The translations under genes were made by a program, and so were the position numbers. This document shows positions 36,893 through 46,924 of a stretch of DNA of 64,000 nucleotides, in pieces. The stretch spans positions 3,922 through 67,921 of the forward strand of contig CAYUAG010000004.1 in assembly GCA_964442615.1 (NCBI GenBank), written 5' to 3'. Position 1 is the first letter of the stretch. Each line of letters begins with the position of its first letter. The DNA comes from an uncultured bacterium (GTDB lineage Bacteria; Zhuqueibacterota; QNDG01; CAYUAG01). The notes under the pieces are model-generated. The model had not been told where the DNA came from and searched no databases. It saw only the letters and a program-made list of their open reading frames with translations.

Positions 36893-36961
36893 TGCTTATA
36901 CCTCCAATCAGATAAATTTCCGTATTTTATTAGAAGGAGCAATCAATACTCCTTTTATACA

Positions 36962-37957
36962 TTAAAACTCAAAATCAAATGAAAACATATGAACAGAATC
37001 AAAATGCTTAAAATTCAAAAATGAATAGTTCAATCCAACCTTCATATTATTAACAATCAATTTCAAGCCGCCTCCGAAAGAAAAATCTTGTTCATCATGA
37101 TTTGTTTTATACCCCCCTCGGAGGAATAACATATCCCGGAAATTGTATTCACCTCCAAAATGAAGCCGTTCAGTATAATCCCTGGGATGGATAGCATCAA
37201 TACACAGAGTAAATCCATGTTGATCACTCTCCTGGATCAGAGGCATTACATCCATTGCCATACCAAATTTAAAAGTCAGTGGTAAAGGATAGGATTCTAC
37301 CCGATATGCTTTCTCTTGTGAAAAATTCTGTAAAGACATTCCAATTCTCAGATCTTTATAACCCGTGTAATAAAGTGTACCAAAATCAAAAACAATTATA
37401 TCCATTTCAGCAGTATATTTTTTGGGATTATCCATAGTACCTTCCAAAGTTGATCCAAGATTTTCATGAGCATATTTGAGATGCCCTCCAAAGGAAAACT
37501 GCTCACTTACTTGAATGGCATAGGCTATACCTGCAGCCCAGTTTGTTGGAGAAAACGTACCTGTTTCTACATAACCAGCTGAGGTAGATGCTCTCCGTGT
37601 ACCGTGCAAATCTCCCCATTGTACTGCAGCCATACTTACTCCTATTACTCCCCAGGTACCCATACTGTATGAAATAGCACCACCATTAACCTTAATATCT
37701 GCAATCCATTGGGTTTGACTCAAAAAGACTGAGCTACCCTTAACCATACCCAGTGCTCCCGGATTCCAAAACAGAGCACTTGGATCTCCACCAAGAGCTG
37801 TGAATGCTCCCCCCATAGCACTGGCACGAGCTCCTATGGGAATTGACATCCATTTCATCCCGGTTTGGGCAATTTTCTTAACACCATCCCCGTAAACCAT
37901 TGGAGCCGTCAAAAGGGCCACCATAAGTATTGGGATGATATATTTTATTCGTTTCAT
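36962..37957 (-). CDS. PorV/PorQ-like outer-membrane beta-barrel (T9SS-associated family)
   Basis: The ORF track gives 36962-38008. ATG at 37957 (MKRIKYIIPILMVALLTAPMVYG) follows GGGAGGA. 'IGARASAMGGAFTALGGDPSALFWNPGALG' is the signature opening of the PorV/PorQ/PorP-type barrels. The C-terminal residue is F. Confidence 0.55.
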   Translation of the reverse strand: MKRIKYIIPILMVALLTAPMVYGDGVKKIAQTGMKWMSIPIGARASAMGGAFTALGGDPSALFWNPGALGMVKGSSVFLSQTQWIADIKVNGGAISYSMGTWGVIGVSMAAVQWGDLHGTRRASTSAGYVETGTFSPTNWAAGIAYAIQVSEQFSFGGHLKYAHENLGSTLEGTMDNPKKYTAEMDIIVFDFGTLYYTGYKDLRIGMSLQNFSQEKAYRVESYPLPLTFKFGMAMDVMPLIQESDQHGFTLCIDAIHPRDYTERLHFGGEYNFRDMLFLRGGYKTNHDEQDFSFGGGLKLIVNNMKVGLNYSFLNFKHFDSVHMFSFDFEF

Positions 37958-38016
37958 TTTATCCTCCCTAGACAATTCGTTTAGGTTTTCTAAGTTTGTA
38001 ATCTCCATTTATACAG

Positions 38017-40122
38017 TTAACGGACAATTACAAACTTTTCTATGGCTCCTTTTACGGGTTTTTTATTAATATCCTGAGCCTTATCAACCTGCAAAATATA
38101 TACTCCACTAGCGACAATCTGATTCGTTTCAGTTACCTGATCCCAACTCTCATCGGCACTTCCACTTTCATGATGGATAGTTTTAATTAAATCGCCTGTA
38201 ACTGTATAAATTCTTACATCACAGTAAGGTGGCAAATTCACAAAAAGAAGCCGATCATCATCTCCAGTAAAATTAAACTCATTAGCTCTGGCAATATAGG
38301 GATTAGGAACAATACGGACCTGGGATGCATCATCCCGCCCTGGTTCAAAAGCATATGCAGCAACTTCAGACCGATTAGCATATCTTGAGCTTTCTAATTT
38401 CTGTCCACTGATGAGGCCGGAAGTATTCTGGCTTCCATCATCAACAGCTGTGACTGCATAGTGATAGGGCTCACCCCGGATTACATCTGTATCAGAGTAA
38501 CTGGTTGAATCTTTAGAAACCGTAGCAAGAAGCTCCCAGGCTAGATGTTGACCATCTACTCGAAGTTCATTGTATTTATCACTTAAAAATTCACCGCGTT
38601 TTCTGTATATTCTGTAATGATCAAGATCTGACACATCTGTATCAGGATCTCCGACATCTGATAAATCTTCCCATGTCAGTTCAATCCTGTTTGGTCCTGA
38701 TGTAACCGTTAAATCAGGTGCTGGAAGTGGATCCGGGATGTCTAAATTTTGATTCCAAGCCCATAAAGCCCGATCCATAGACTGAAATAGAGAATCCTTA
38801 CCTGTAGCAAGAAGTGCATTTTTCTGGGTATCATCAAAAGTAGCACCATCCTCTCCTCTGTACCAGTCACGCCATTCAAGACCTTTTTCAACTGCCATAG
38901 CTCTGGAAATACCATTAGCTCCTACAGCATAGACAATAACCACAGAATCACCTTCCTGCAGATCAAAGGGTCCAAAAGCCTGAAAAGGAAACTCAGCCTC
39001 TTGTGCCATGGCATCATCAGGCCAGCCTGACTGATCTTCTACTGTTTGTTTGGTTTTAGATGCTGCCCAATCCCAAACTGTTGCAAATCCGGGAAAATCA
39101 GTATCCCAAACATTATAGATATTCATATTTCCTATTATTGATGTAGGTTGATCCACATCATCTGTGGGATCAGTTGGGGAAGTATCAACGTGCAGAGCTG
39201 CAAATCCAGAATAAGCTGTGGAAATAAATTCTCCAGATGGTAGTGGGGTTGCACCTCCTGATCCGGTTGCAAAACGCGGGTCACCAGTATCATCAAATTC
39301 TATTCCACCGGATTCAAACTCTGTGATTTCCGGATGATCTCCATCCCAACCATATGAAATTTGTAGATCCCTTCCATCCTGATTTAATTGTGAAGAGTAG
39401 GTCTCATAGGTAGCCCAATCATCTTTAGCTTCTTCATACCACCGACTATAAGTAATATAAGTTCCCTCTGCAGTCTGAAAACTATAACCCACCATAAAAT
39501 AAACATCTTTTAGGGTCTGGGTAGGATCTGTATCAGTCTCATCATCCTGATCCCAATCAAAGGTTACCTTATACCGGCAATAATTAATTACATAATCATC
39601 ATGATTGGGATTAGAGTAAGAATAGGAGCGTTTTAAAACATCAAATCCTGGGTAGGATTTGTACCGGAGTTCTATCATTACATCTGAAGGGATGGTGGGA
39701 TCAACAACACCGTTAAAAGTTCGGGAAGAACGAATTGTTTTCCCCTCTGAATAAACCCATACTAAAGGGGGTTCATATTTTCTGTATTCTTTTATTCCAT
39801 AGGGTTCAGTTTCATTATAACTTACAGGCCAAAGCTCGTCTTCTTTCAAATGTTCCACCCCTGCTGAATCAATCCAACTCCCGATAGTATGACCTGAATT
39901 ATAAAATACAATAGTACCATACCTAAAATAATCCTGAGGCCACTCACCAGTAGGATCAGCATCATTTGTGTTTAATTCATCATTGGCATCTATCCGCAAA
40001 CGATAATCCCCCAGATCATGAGTCCGGGATTGTGCTTTTAAAGGCACTTCTCCCCAAAAACTCAATACTACCAGGAGACTTAAAACGAAAGGGATGAAAC
40101 CTTTTTTTATTAATTTATCCAT
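38017..40122 (-). CDS. Large secreted protein with FN3-like domain and T9SS/FlgD-Ig-like C-terminal domain; function unknown
   Basis: 701-aa ORF with GGGAGG SD and a Sec signal. 'APDLTVTSGPNRIELTWEDL....YRIYRK' is FN3-like. The C-terminus 'IVPNPYIA....VRIYTVTGDLIKTI.....SGVYILQV....KFVIVR' is CTD-like. It lies immediately downstream of the TBDR gene. Confidence 0.45.
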   Translation of the reverse strand: MDKLIKKGFIPFVLSLLVVLSFWGEVPLKAQSRTHDLGDYRLRIDANDELNTNDADPTGEWPQDYFRYGTIVFYNSGHTIGSWIDSAGVEHLKEDELWPVSYNETEPYGIKEYRKYEPPLVWVYSEGKTIRSSRTFNGVVDPTIPSDVMIELRYKSYPGFDVLKRSYSYSNPNHDDYVINYCRYKVTFDWDQDDETDTDPTQTLKDVYFMVGYSFQTAEGTYITYSRWYEEAKDDWATYETYSSQLNQDGRDLQISYGWDGDHPEITEFESGGIEFDDTGDPRFATGSGGATPLPSGEFISTAYSGFAALHVDTSPTDPTDDVDQPTSIIGNMNIYNVWDTDFPGFATVWDWAASKTKQTVEDQSGWPDDAMAQEAEFPFQAFGPFDLQEGDSVVIVYAVGANGISRAMAVEKGLEWRDWYRGEDGATFDDTQKNALLATGKDSLFQSMDRALWAWNQNLDIPDPLPAPDLTVTSGPNRIELTWEDLSDVGDPDTDVSDLDHYRIYRKRGEFLSDKYNELRVDGQHLAWELLATVSKDSTSYSDTDVIRGEPYHYAVTAVDDGSQNTSGLISGQKLESSRYANRSEVAAYAFEPGRDDASQVRIVPNPYIARANEFNFTGDDDRLLFVNLPPYCDVRIYTVTGDLIKTIHHESGSADESWDQVTETNQIVASGVYILQVDKAQDINKKPVKGAIEKFVIVR

Positions 40123-40157
40123 AGAATATTACCTCCCTGATAATTCAAATATAAAAA

Positions 40158-43139
40158 CTAAAATTGCACTCTGAGTCCAAAGAAGATATCTCTGGGATTA
40201 ACAAAATGCTGCCAGGTATTCCAACCTAACTCAATGTAATCTTTATCCCATTCTCCAATTTTATCATTTCCCTTCTGCTCCCCTGTTTCATGGGGAAAAT
40301 GGAGTGAATCTATATATTTGTTCCAGTAAAGCGGTGAGGGGTATCCTCTATAATTAAAGAGGTTTCTGACTTGCATGAAAAAACCCAGTCTGATTCTGTC
40401 GAAATGGAACCGTTTTTCTAATAGTAAATCAGTATTCCACCAGTCAATAGATTCAACATAGTGCCGTTCACTTAAAAGGGCATCTGGATTTAACAATTCC
40501 TCTCCTCCATCAGACCACGCCTGAAGCACATTTAACCGCCAGTTCCCTAAGATGTTCATTCCTAATAAAGAGGGACCAAAATCTCTTGGTGTTCTGAATG
40601 TAAGATTAGCAGTAAAAGAGGGAACCGGAGTATTTTTGATCGTATTTGTGGTTGATGCCTCCTCATCTGCCTTTTGTCGATTCTCATAAACATAGCGTAG
40701 GCCTGTAAATCCTTCACTCCTTGCCATATATTCCAAAGACATCCAGCCATACCACCATTTTCCAGAACGTTTTTCCAGCTTCAATTCCAGACCCCGAATG
40801 TCTTCATAACTATTGTTGGCCCAGGTTGTTACCTGATTTTCAGCATCTATAGCAACAATATCCTGTTGAGTGATTTGATTAGAAACATCTTTATAGTAGC
40901 CCAGAAAATGTATAAGTATATTCTGTCCAACACTTTGTTCAAAACCAATTTCATAGGCGACTGTTCTCGGCCATTCAATTCCTATGTTAGGAATCTGAGC
41001 ACTTCTTGAATATGGTTTTAGTGTATACATTCTTTCATAGATTGGTGGTTGATAAAAATGGCCATAATTAAAAAAGATTTTACTGGTTACAGTAATGGGA
41101 TGAGAAATACCAAGACGGGGACTGAAATAGAGTTTATAATCATCACCAGAAGTTTCAAGTTCTGAAAAGCTATTGTCTTGGTCACGAAAATTTGTTAATG
41201 TATAGGGTAGGTTTGAAAAAATAAATTCCGAATTCAAATTGTAAGGAGAGACCCCCAACTTCATATAATCAAGTCGGAAACCAACATTTGCAATCATTCC
41301 ACCATACTCCATTTTATCCTGTATATAAACTCCTGCTATAATTGGTGATTCATTATAATACCACCATAACCAGGGAGCTTCTTCATAAGGCTGGGTGGTA
41401 TAACCATGATTTATTTCTCTCCGTTCTTTCAGCTCAGTATAACTAAAAGTAAAACCAGCTTTTACTTCATGGTTATGATGGACCTGAGATACAATATCTC
41501 CACTTAGACTCATACCCCAATATTTAGAATGATCTTGCCCTCTTCCGCCTCCAGACATCAAAAAATCACCCAGAATATCATACTGCTCGATAATTGAACC
41601 ATATTCACTACCTATATAACCAAAGGGAGCTTCATCATACATGGTATTACCAATTTGTTTAATACCGGTTGTATCACGCAGACCAATTGGTTCTTGAACT
41701 GTTTTATAGGTTGTAAATTCCATACTGAGATCATAAAATGTTTTAGAGCTGAGAACATGACTTAAACTTAATCCACCCCGGTACTGTTGAGTCTTTACAG
41801 GATTAAAATTAGCATCATGCCATATATAACGCCAATAAAAAATATCCCGTGCATATTCTGTTCCTTCCCGACTTCCATCAATCATGCCATAGGTATCATC
41901 ATAAATAGAACCACTTACCCCATGTTTTATCATAAAAGTATTATTAAAACTTAGTTTCATATTTGGGGCAAGGTAGGTTGTTAATTTGAGTAATGTAGTA
42001 CTTGCTAAGGAATTATTTCTGCTCATTGGATATACTAATTGTAGATTCTCATATCGCTCAGATAGCATAAAAGTTACTGGAAGAAAGGGGACTTTTCCAC
42101 TGAATGAACCATCAATGATATAATCGGGTATATCAGCATACTTATGAAGACGATGTTGCCATTTCCATACCTCCAGCAGTTCCTGTGGAGTCTTATCATT
42201 ATTAGGATCCGGATCAGCTAAAAACTGTCGTGCAACCTCATTCCATCCAATAAAGGTAAAGGGATATTTGCCACTCTCTACCATACTCTCGGTAACACCT
42301 GTATAAGCATCAGAGCCTGTATAAACCTGCCAGAAAGGTCCATCAATACTATAAGGGCTGGAACCAAAGTGTTTCCTTGCGGGTGGACTAGTCCTTACAT
42401 CAAGGTTTAAGGAATATTGGTCCATACTTCCTTCTTTAGTTACCACCGAAACCATACCGGATCTGACATTCCCATATTCAGCATTAAATCCACCGGTAAG
42501 GATTTCCACCTCTTTAATGGCAGTTAAACTTAAATTTGTGGCTGGCTGCTGAGTACGCAAATCCCTGGTGGAAAGCCCGTCCACAATAATATCTGTTTCG
42601 TTGAGTCCTCCACCTCGGATAACCAGCCCACTCCCATCAGCTGAAGCTGAAAGATCAATTCCGGCCTCTGTTGAAAGGACCTCTTCCAGATTACTCATAG
42701 GACGAGACTCAATTGCTTCTGCAGTAATAACTTTCTGACTGGAAGAAACATCAAGTTGAACAGCTGGGCGTTCTGCTACAACCGTAACAGTTTTGCCTGC
42801 TACTGCTTGTTGCTGCATAGCAAATCCAAGCTGGGTAGTCCTATTTATACCAACCTTTACATCTGTAATAATATATTCAGCGTAGCCCATCATTCGTGCA
42901 ATAACTGTATACTCTCCAGGAGCAATACTGACAATAGTAAAACGACCTTCACTATCAGCTGCAGCTCCTCTTTCTGTTCCCTGTACAATAATGTTCGCAC
43001 CTATGAGAGGTGCATCTGTCTCCTTATCAAATACACGACCTGTAATTTTCCCACTCTGCGCTAAGAGGTTAATAGAAGAGACCAGGACAAGCAAGATCCC
43101 AAATATTAACCAGGAAAATATATTTTTTTTCTCCATCAT
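40158..43139 (-). CDS. TonB-dependent receptor-like outer-membrane protein (CarboxypepD_reg + plug + barrel), SusC-like architecture
   Basis: 993-aa ORF with GGAGGTG SD. 'GKITGRVFDKETDAPLIGANIIVQGT..GAAADSEGRFTIVSIAPGEYTV' is the CarboxypepD_reg domain. 'LVIRGGGLNETDIIVDG' and 'IKEVEILTGGFNAEYGNVRSGMVSVVTK' belong to the plug. The terminal sequence is ...GLRVQF. Confidence 0.8.
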   Translation of the reverse strand: MMEKKNIFSWLIFGILLVLVSSINLLAQSGKITGRVFDKETDAPLIGANIIVQGTERGAAADSEGRFTIVSIAPGEYTVIARMMGYAEYIITDVKVGINRTTQLGFAMQQQAVAGKTVTVVAERPAVQLDVSSSQKVITAEAIESRPMSNLEEVLSTEAGIDLSASADGSGLVIRGGGLNETDIIVDGLSTRDLRTQQPATNLSLTAIKEVEILTGGFNAEYGNVRSGMVSVVTKEGSMDQYSLNLDVRTSPPARKHFGSSPYSIDGPFWQVYTGSDAYTGVTESMVESGKYPFTFIGWNEVARQFLADPDPNNDKTPQELLEVWKWQHRLHKYADIPDYIIDGSFSGKVPFLPVTFMLSERYENLQLVYPMSRNNSLASTTLLKLTTYLAPNMKLSFNNTFMIKHGVSGSIYDDTYGMIDGSREGTEYARDIFYWRYIWHDANFNPVKTQQYRGGLSLSHVLSSKTFYDLSMEFTTYKTVQEPIGLRDTTGIKQIGNTMYDEAPFGYIGSEYGSIIEQYDILGDFLMSGGGRGQDHSKYWGMSLSGDIVSQVHHNHEVKAGFTFSYTELKERREINHGYTTQPYEEAPWLWWYYNESPIIAGVYIQDKMEYGGMIANVGFRLDYMKLGVSPYNLNSEFIFSNLPYTLTNFRDQDNSFSELETSGDDYKLYFSPRLGISHPITVTSKIFFNYGHFYQPPIYERMYTLKPYSRSAQIPNIGIEWPRTVAYEIGFEQSVGQNILIHFLGYYKDVSNQITQQDIVAIDAENQVTTWANNSYEDIRGLELKLEKRSGKWWYGWMSLEYMARSEGFTGLRYVYENRQKADEEASTTNTIKNTPVPSFTANLTFRTPRDFGPSLLGMNILGNWRLNVLQAWSDGGEELLNPDALLSERHYVESIDWWNTDLLLEKRFHFDRIRLGFFMQVRNLFNYRGYPSPLYWNKYIDSLHFPHETGEQKGNDKIGEWDKDYIELGWNTWQHFVNPRDIFFGLRVQF

Positions 43140-43270
43140 TTTTCACCTCCTCTAAGTTATCAAACAAAGATCTAATCTTTGATTTTTCGATTACCTAATT
43201 ACCGACTTTTATTTTTTACTCTCCATAAGCACTCCTTCCTTTCATATTACATTAATTATTAAAAATTTTA

Positions 43271-44662
43271 TTAATTATTTTCCATGATACGGTTCTTCCA
43301 ATCCGGATCACTATACTCATCCTGTTTTGTTGAGTGAACAAGTGTATAGATCCCATCACCTGTGCGGTCAACAAATACAAATTTTACACTTCCCTCCATG
43401 GCATAGTACCAAGTAATGATTGGTTTAGAATTTTTCATTTGGGAAAAATCTCTATCAATATCCTGGGGAGGACCATAGATTATGTAAATACGTCCTATAT
43501 CTGAATCAATACCCCCTCTAAAATGAGCCTCTGTATACGCTATCCGCTTAAAATGTTCATGCATAAATTCATTTTCTGTAGTAGATGGATCTGGATCTTT
43601 TGACTGCCAGAAGTCTAACAAAAATTTTTGTTTGGATTCATTGTTAAGCTGCTTAAATATACTGATCTCTTTATCTGATGCAATATACCGTATTTGTTTC
43701 AGATAGTTTGCAATATCCGCCTCTGTCATTGGAAGAATAGTATTATACTGTTGTAAAGGAGCAGTTATTTGAAAATAGGCAGCATTAGAAGTAAATCTAT
43801 CACCTTTTACATCTATTGTTTCAACCTTAATCTTGTAAATTCCAGGCTGTAAATTTGAAACAGAAATACCTTCAATCTGCGCTACACCGGATGCTGATGC
43901 TAAATGCCATTCTTTTAAACCGGATGTGATCTCCTTTTCCGCTAAATCCATAATAGAATAATAGGTGTGATAGTAAGTTTGGCTTTCTGAATCAAACTCT
44001 AGGTTATTAATCTCATAGTAAATGTACAATTTCTCCTTGTCTGTATTAAAATAACTACGCTGAATATTCGGAATAAGAAGATACCCATTCTTTTCAAAAT
44101 TGCTCTTTTTATTTGTTTTTTGTATATCAGCGATAAAATAGATATCACTGAGACAAAACTTCTTTGAGAAATCTCTGACCTTCAATAAGTGTTCGGTTAT
44201 ACCTTTAGCTCCACTTACAGAATCTCTCATTGTTATTTCAATCTTATAATGATCCGGAACCAGACTGTATTGCATTAAATCAATATATGTTGCCGCCTGA
44301 TTTGTAGGTTCCGAATTTGGAGTAAATCTCTTTTTTCTAACTGATTCGGAGAGCAGTACACTCTCATGATCAAAAAGTCGGCATCTAATGTTTAATAAAA
44401 GTAAAGAATCAGAAGATTGTGAATTTTGCCAGAACTTTGATAAATTCACTGTATAAAGGATATCTAAACGAGTACGTTTTCCCTGACCCTGGTACTGAAG
44501 CACATCACTGGAAAAAAATAAATTTCCTCTACTCTGTACAGGAAAAGTGTCGCTCTCTTTCTGGAGTAATCGTGGTGAGGTTATACACATTGAGAATGCA
44601 GTACAACTCAGAACAAGGAAAGTGATAATTAAAATTACTCTATGTATAAATGCTTTATCCAC
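43271..44662 (-). CDS. GWxTD-domain family protein (secreted)
   Basis: 463-aa ORF with a GTG start (rc of cac at 44660-44662) behind AAGGAAG. The C-terminal 'RGGIDSDIGRIYIIYGPPQDIDRD....WYY....FVFVDRTGDGIYTLVHST' matches the GWxTD-domain pattern, with the name motif degenerated to GGIDSD. Confidence 0.55.
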   Translation of the reverse strand: MDKAFIHRVILIITFLVLSCTAFSMCITSPRLLQKESDTFPVQSRGNLFFSSDVLQYQGQGKRTRLDILYTVNLSKFWQNSQSSDSLLLLNIRCRLFDHESVLLSESVRKKRFTPNSEPTNQAATYIDLMQYSLVPDHYKIEITMRDSVSGAKGITEHLLKVRDFSKKFCLSDIYFIADIQKTNKKSNFEKNGYLLIPNIQRSYFNTDKEKLYIYYEINNLEFDSESQTYYHTYYSIMDLAEKEITSGLKEWHLASASGVAQIEGISVSNLQPGIYKIKVETIDVKGDRFTSNAAYFQITAPLQQYNTILPMTEADIANYLKQIRYIASDKEISIFKQLNNESKQKFLLDFWQSKDPDPSTTENEFMHEHFKRIAYTEAHFRGGIDSDIGRIYIIYGPPQDIDRDFSQMKNSKPIITWYYAMEGSVKFVFVDRTGDGIYTLVHSTKQDEYSDPDWKNRIMENN

Positions 44663-44696
44663 TTATTTCAATCTTCCTTCTTATTTGAATTCCTTA

Positions 44697-45590
44697 CTAT
44701 GGTTTTACTTCTAGATCCCGAGATTCCTCTGCCACAGACATAAGGAACGCTGCAGTAATAGCCAGTACCATTCCTAATGCATTTATTGAATTGGGCAATG
44801 TCTGATATAAAATTAGTGAAATGATGATTGTTATTACTGGAGCCCCTGCATTTGTAAGAGGACTGACAATCATTGCCTTACCATATCGGAAAGCATAAAC
44901 CAGGAACAAGGCCCCAAAAGCATTAAGGATTTGAATGAGAGCAGCCAGATATGGTCCACGAAATCCCCAGTTAATCGGTTTACTGTAATCGGTCATGATT
45001 AAAGCAACTGGTACAAGAAGAATACCTGTAAGCATCATATAAAAGAAAATACTCTCCGCTTTCATGGTTTTATTGGCATAGGAAATAATAAATCCCTGAA
45101 TACCCCAGGCAGCAAAAACCAAAAATGCCAAAACTACCCACACACCTATTCCACCTGAATATCCTTTAGAATATGAAAGCAATACACCAGCAATCAAGGC
45201 AAAAATAATTCCTATCCATCCTTTCACTCTGGTCTTTTCTTTTGAAATAATAATGGCTAATAAAATAGTTACCACCGGTGACAGGGCAATGAATGGAAAG
45301 ACCAGATAAGGTGGTGCTATTCTGAGAGTTTTAAAAAGGATGAGTTGTCCACCTGCTCCCAAAAAACCAACTGCGCATCCAAGTACAATAGAACGAAAAT
45401 CATACTCAAGTTTCCATTTAATCTTTTTTAAAGCTATACAAGCAGGAATTATCATAGTTAATGACCAAACACAGTACCCCAAAGTTTCAGGAAATCCGGC
45501 CTCAGCTGTCACATCAATCAATGCACCCCACAGTCCCCAGGCACAAGTTGTAAAAATTGCATAAAATAACCACAGTTTATTAGATTTCAT
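44697..45590 (-). CDS. DMT superfamily (EamA/GRP-like) transporter
   Basis: 297-aa ORF with AAGGAG SD. About 10 predicted TM helices in two similar halves. Last gene of the DeoR-headed sugar operon. Confidence 0.65.
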   Translation of the reverse strand: MKSNKLWLFYAIFTTCAWGLWGALIDVTAEAGFPETLGYCVWSLTMIIPACIALKKIKWKLEYDFRSIVLGCAVGFLGAGGQLILFKTLRIAPPYLVFPFIALSPVVTILLAIIISKEKTRVKGWIGIIFALIAGVLLSYSKGYSGGIGVWVVLAFLVFAAWGIQGFIISYANKTMKAESIFFYMMLTGILLVPVALIMTDYSKPINWGFRGPYLAALIQILNAFGALFLVYAFRYGKAMIVSPLTNAGAPVITIIISLILYQTLPNSINALGMVLAITAAFLMSVAEESRDLEVKP

Positions 45591-45610
45591 TAGAATACTC
45601 CTTTTTCAAA

Positions 45611-46924
45611 TCATGATTTCCTATATTGACCAGTTGCTTTACTGTAACCTCTAATTACCTCTCTAATCTTGTCATACAATATATCAATTGGTTTATTTAT
45701 CAAATTATTATTTCTAATCTTTTCATACTGAACTGGGAAATATTGACTTACAAGTGGCAATGGTGGCGGATACTTCTCCAGATTCTGAAAAAGCTGAGAT
45801 AATTCTTTTTTCACCTTCTTCTGTGACCAATAATAACGAATTCTATCACTATAACTGTACTGACGGGAAAAAGCCTGTTCTTTTGAATCTCCCTGGTAAT
45901 ATTTTTCCCAGTATTGGGGAGTATCTCTCATTGCTTCATCTACAATTTGTTTAATTTTTGAGACTGAATAATTCTTTTTAACTGCTAACCATTCCTCTTC
46001 TATAAGAGAAAGTGCATTAACTGCCTCACGAAAGGCAAATGTAAGTGCAGGTCCAACTTTTAATATAACAAAATGATCTTCTACCAGTTGCTGTAAAGAA
46101 TGAGATTGCTGATAATCTGTTGAATGAACCTCATATACCATATTCGGTACTTTTTCAATATATTTTGACAGTTGTAAAGCCTTTGGTCGATTGTAATCAA
46201 CAATCTCTTTATTGCTGAATTCCACACCTGGTTGCACTACAACTGCAATTACCCTTTCCCAAGCTTCATCTAATTTCTCTTTTTTAAAAGCATGATTAAA
46301 AATTTCAATGCTTTCCTTCACATCTCTGACAGCAGTAACTTTCAATTTAAAAAGTGATTCCTGTGATCCACCTGGTACAGGAACTTCTGTACCTATTACA
46401 TAAACAGGTGGAACATCGTTACTTGACTCTTTCCATGTATGTTCAGCAATCGAGCAGAGTTTTGCTGTTCGTGCTCCAACAATTTCACTATCGAGCAATT
46501 TTGTTCTGTCACCAACATCATCCTTGCAATACATACTTGTATCCAGATGTATTTTTGTATAGCCTGCAGCAGTATAAGCTCTGACAAGCTCTCCCGCTTT
46601 CTTCATTGCAGCATCAGCGTCTTGGTTCTGCCAGGGATTGGGACCTAAATGATCACCACCAAGGATAACTTTCTCTTTTGGAAAAGCACAGGAATGGATA
46701 ATTTGATCAACTGATTTTTTGAATTCCTTTGGAGTCTGACCAGTATACCCCCCATATTGATTAACCTGATTTGAAGTGGATTCGATTAACAGATAACTTC
46801 CATCCGACTTTGCCTGAAGCACTGCTGCATTCAGTACAAACGGATTTGCCGAACATACAGAATAGATACCCACAGGCTTACCTTGATTATGGATTTCAAT
46901 TATTTCAAGAAGCGGATTATGCAT
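45611..46924 (-). CDS. GatZ/KbaZ/AgaZ family protein (class II tagatose-bisphosphate aldolase non-catalytic subunit / tagatose-6-phosphate 4-epimerase family)
   Basis: 437-aa ORF. 'GIYSVCSANPFVLNAAVLQAKSDGSYLLIESTSNQVNQYGGYTGQTPKEF' is the family's N-terminal signature. The start overlaps the kinase stop by 8 nt. Confidence 0.8.
   Translation of the reverse strand: MHNPLLEIIEIHNQGKPVGIYSVCSANPFVLNAAVLQAKSDGSYLLIESTSNQVNQYGGYTGQTPKEFKKSVDQIIHSCAFPKEKVILGGDHLGPNPWQNQDADAAMKKAGELVRAYTAAGYTKIHLDTSMYCKDDVGDRTKLLDSEIVGARTAKLCSIAEHTWKESSNDVPPVYVIGTEVPVPGGSQESLFKLKVTAVRDVKESIEIFNHAFKKEKLDEAWERVIAVVVQPGVEFSNKEIVDYNRPKALQLSKYIEKVPNMVYEVHSTDYQQSHSLQQLVEDHFVILKVGPALTFAFREAVNALSLIEEEWLAVKKNYSVSKIKQIVDEAMRDTPQYWEKYYQGDSKEQAFSRQYSYSDRIRYYWSQKKVKKELSQLFQNLEKYPPPLPLVSQYFPVQYEKIRNNNLINKPIDILYDKIREVIRGYSKATGQYRKS

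Noticed and set aside
38017-43139. A SusD-like partner for the SusC-like receptor
   Set aside because: The downstream 701-aa protein has no lipobox and no TPR-like SusD features. It shows an FN3 domain and a CTD-like domain instead, so the locus is not called a canonical PUL.
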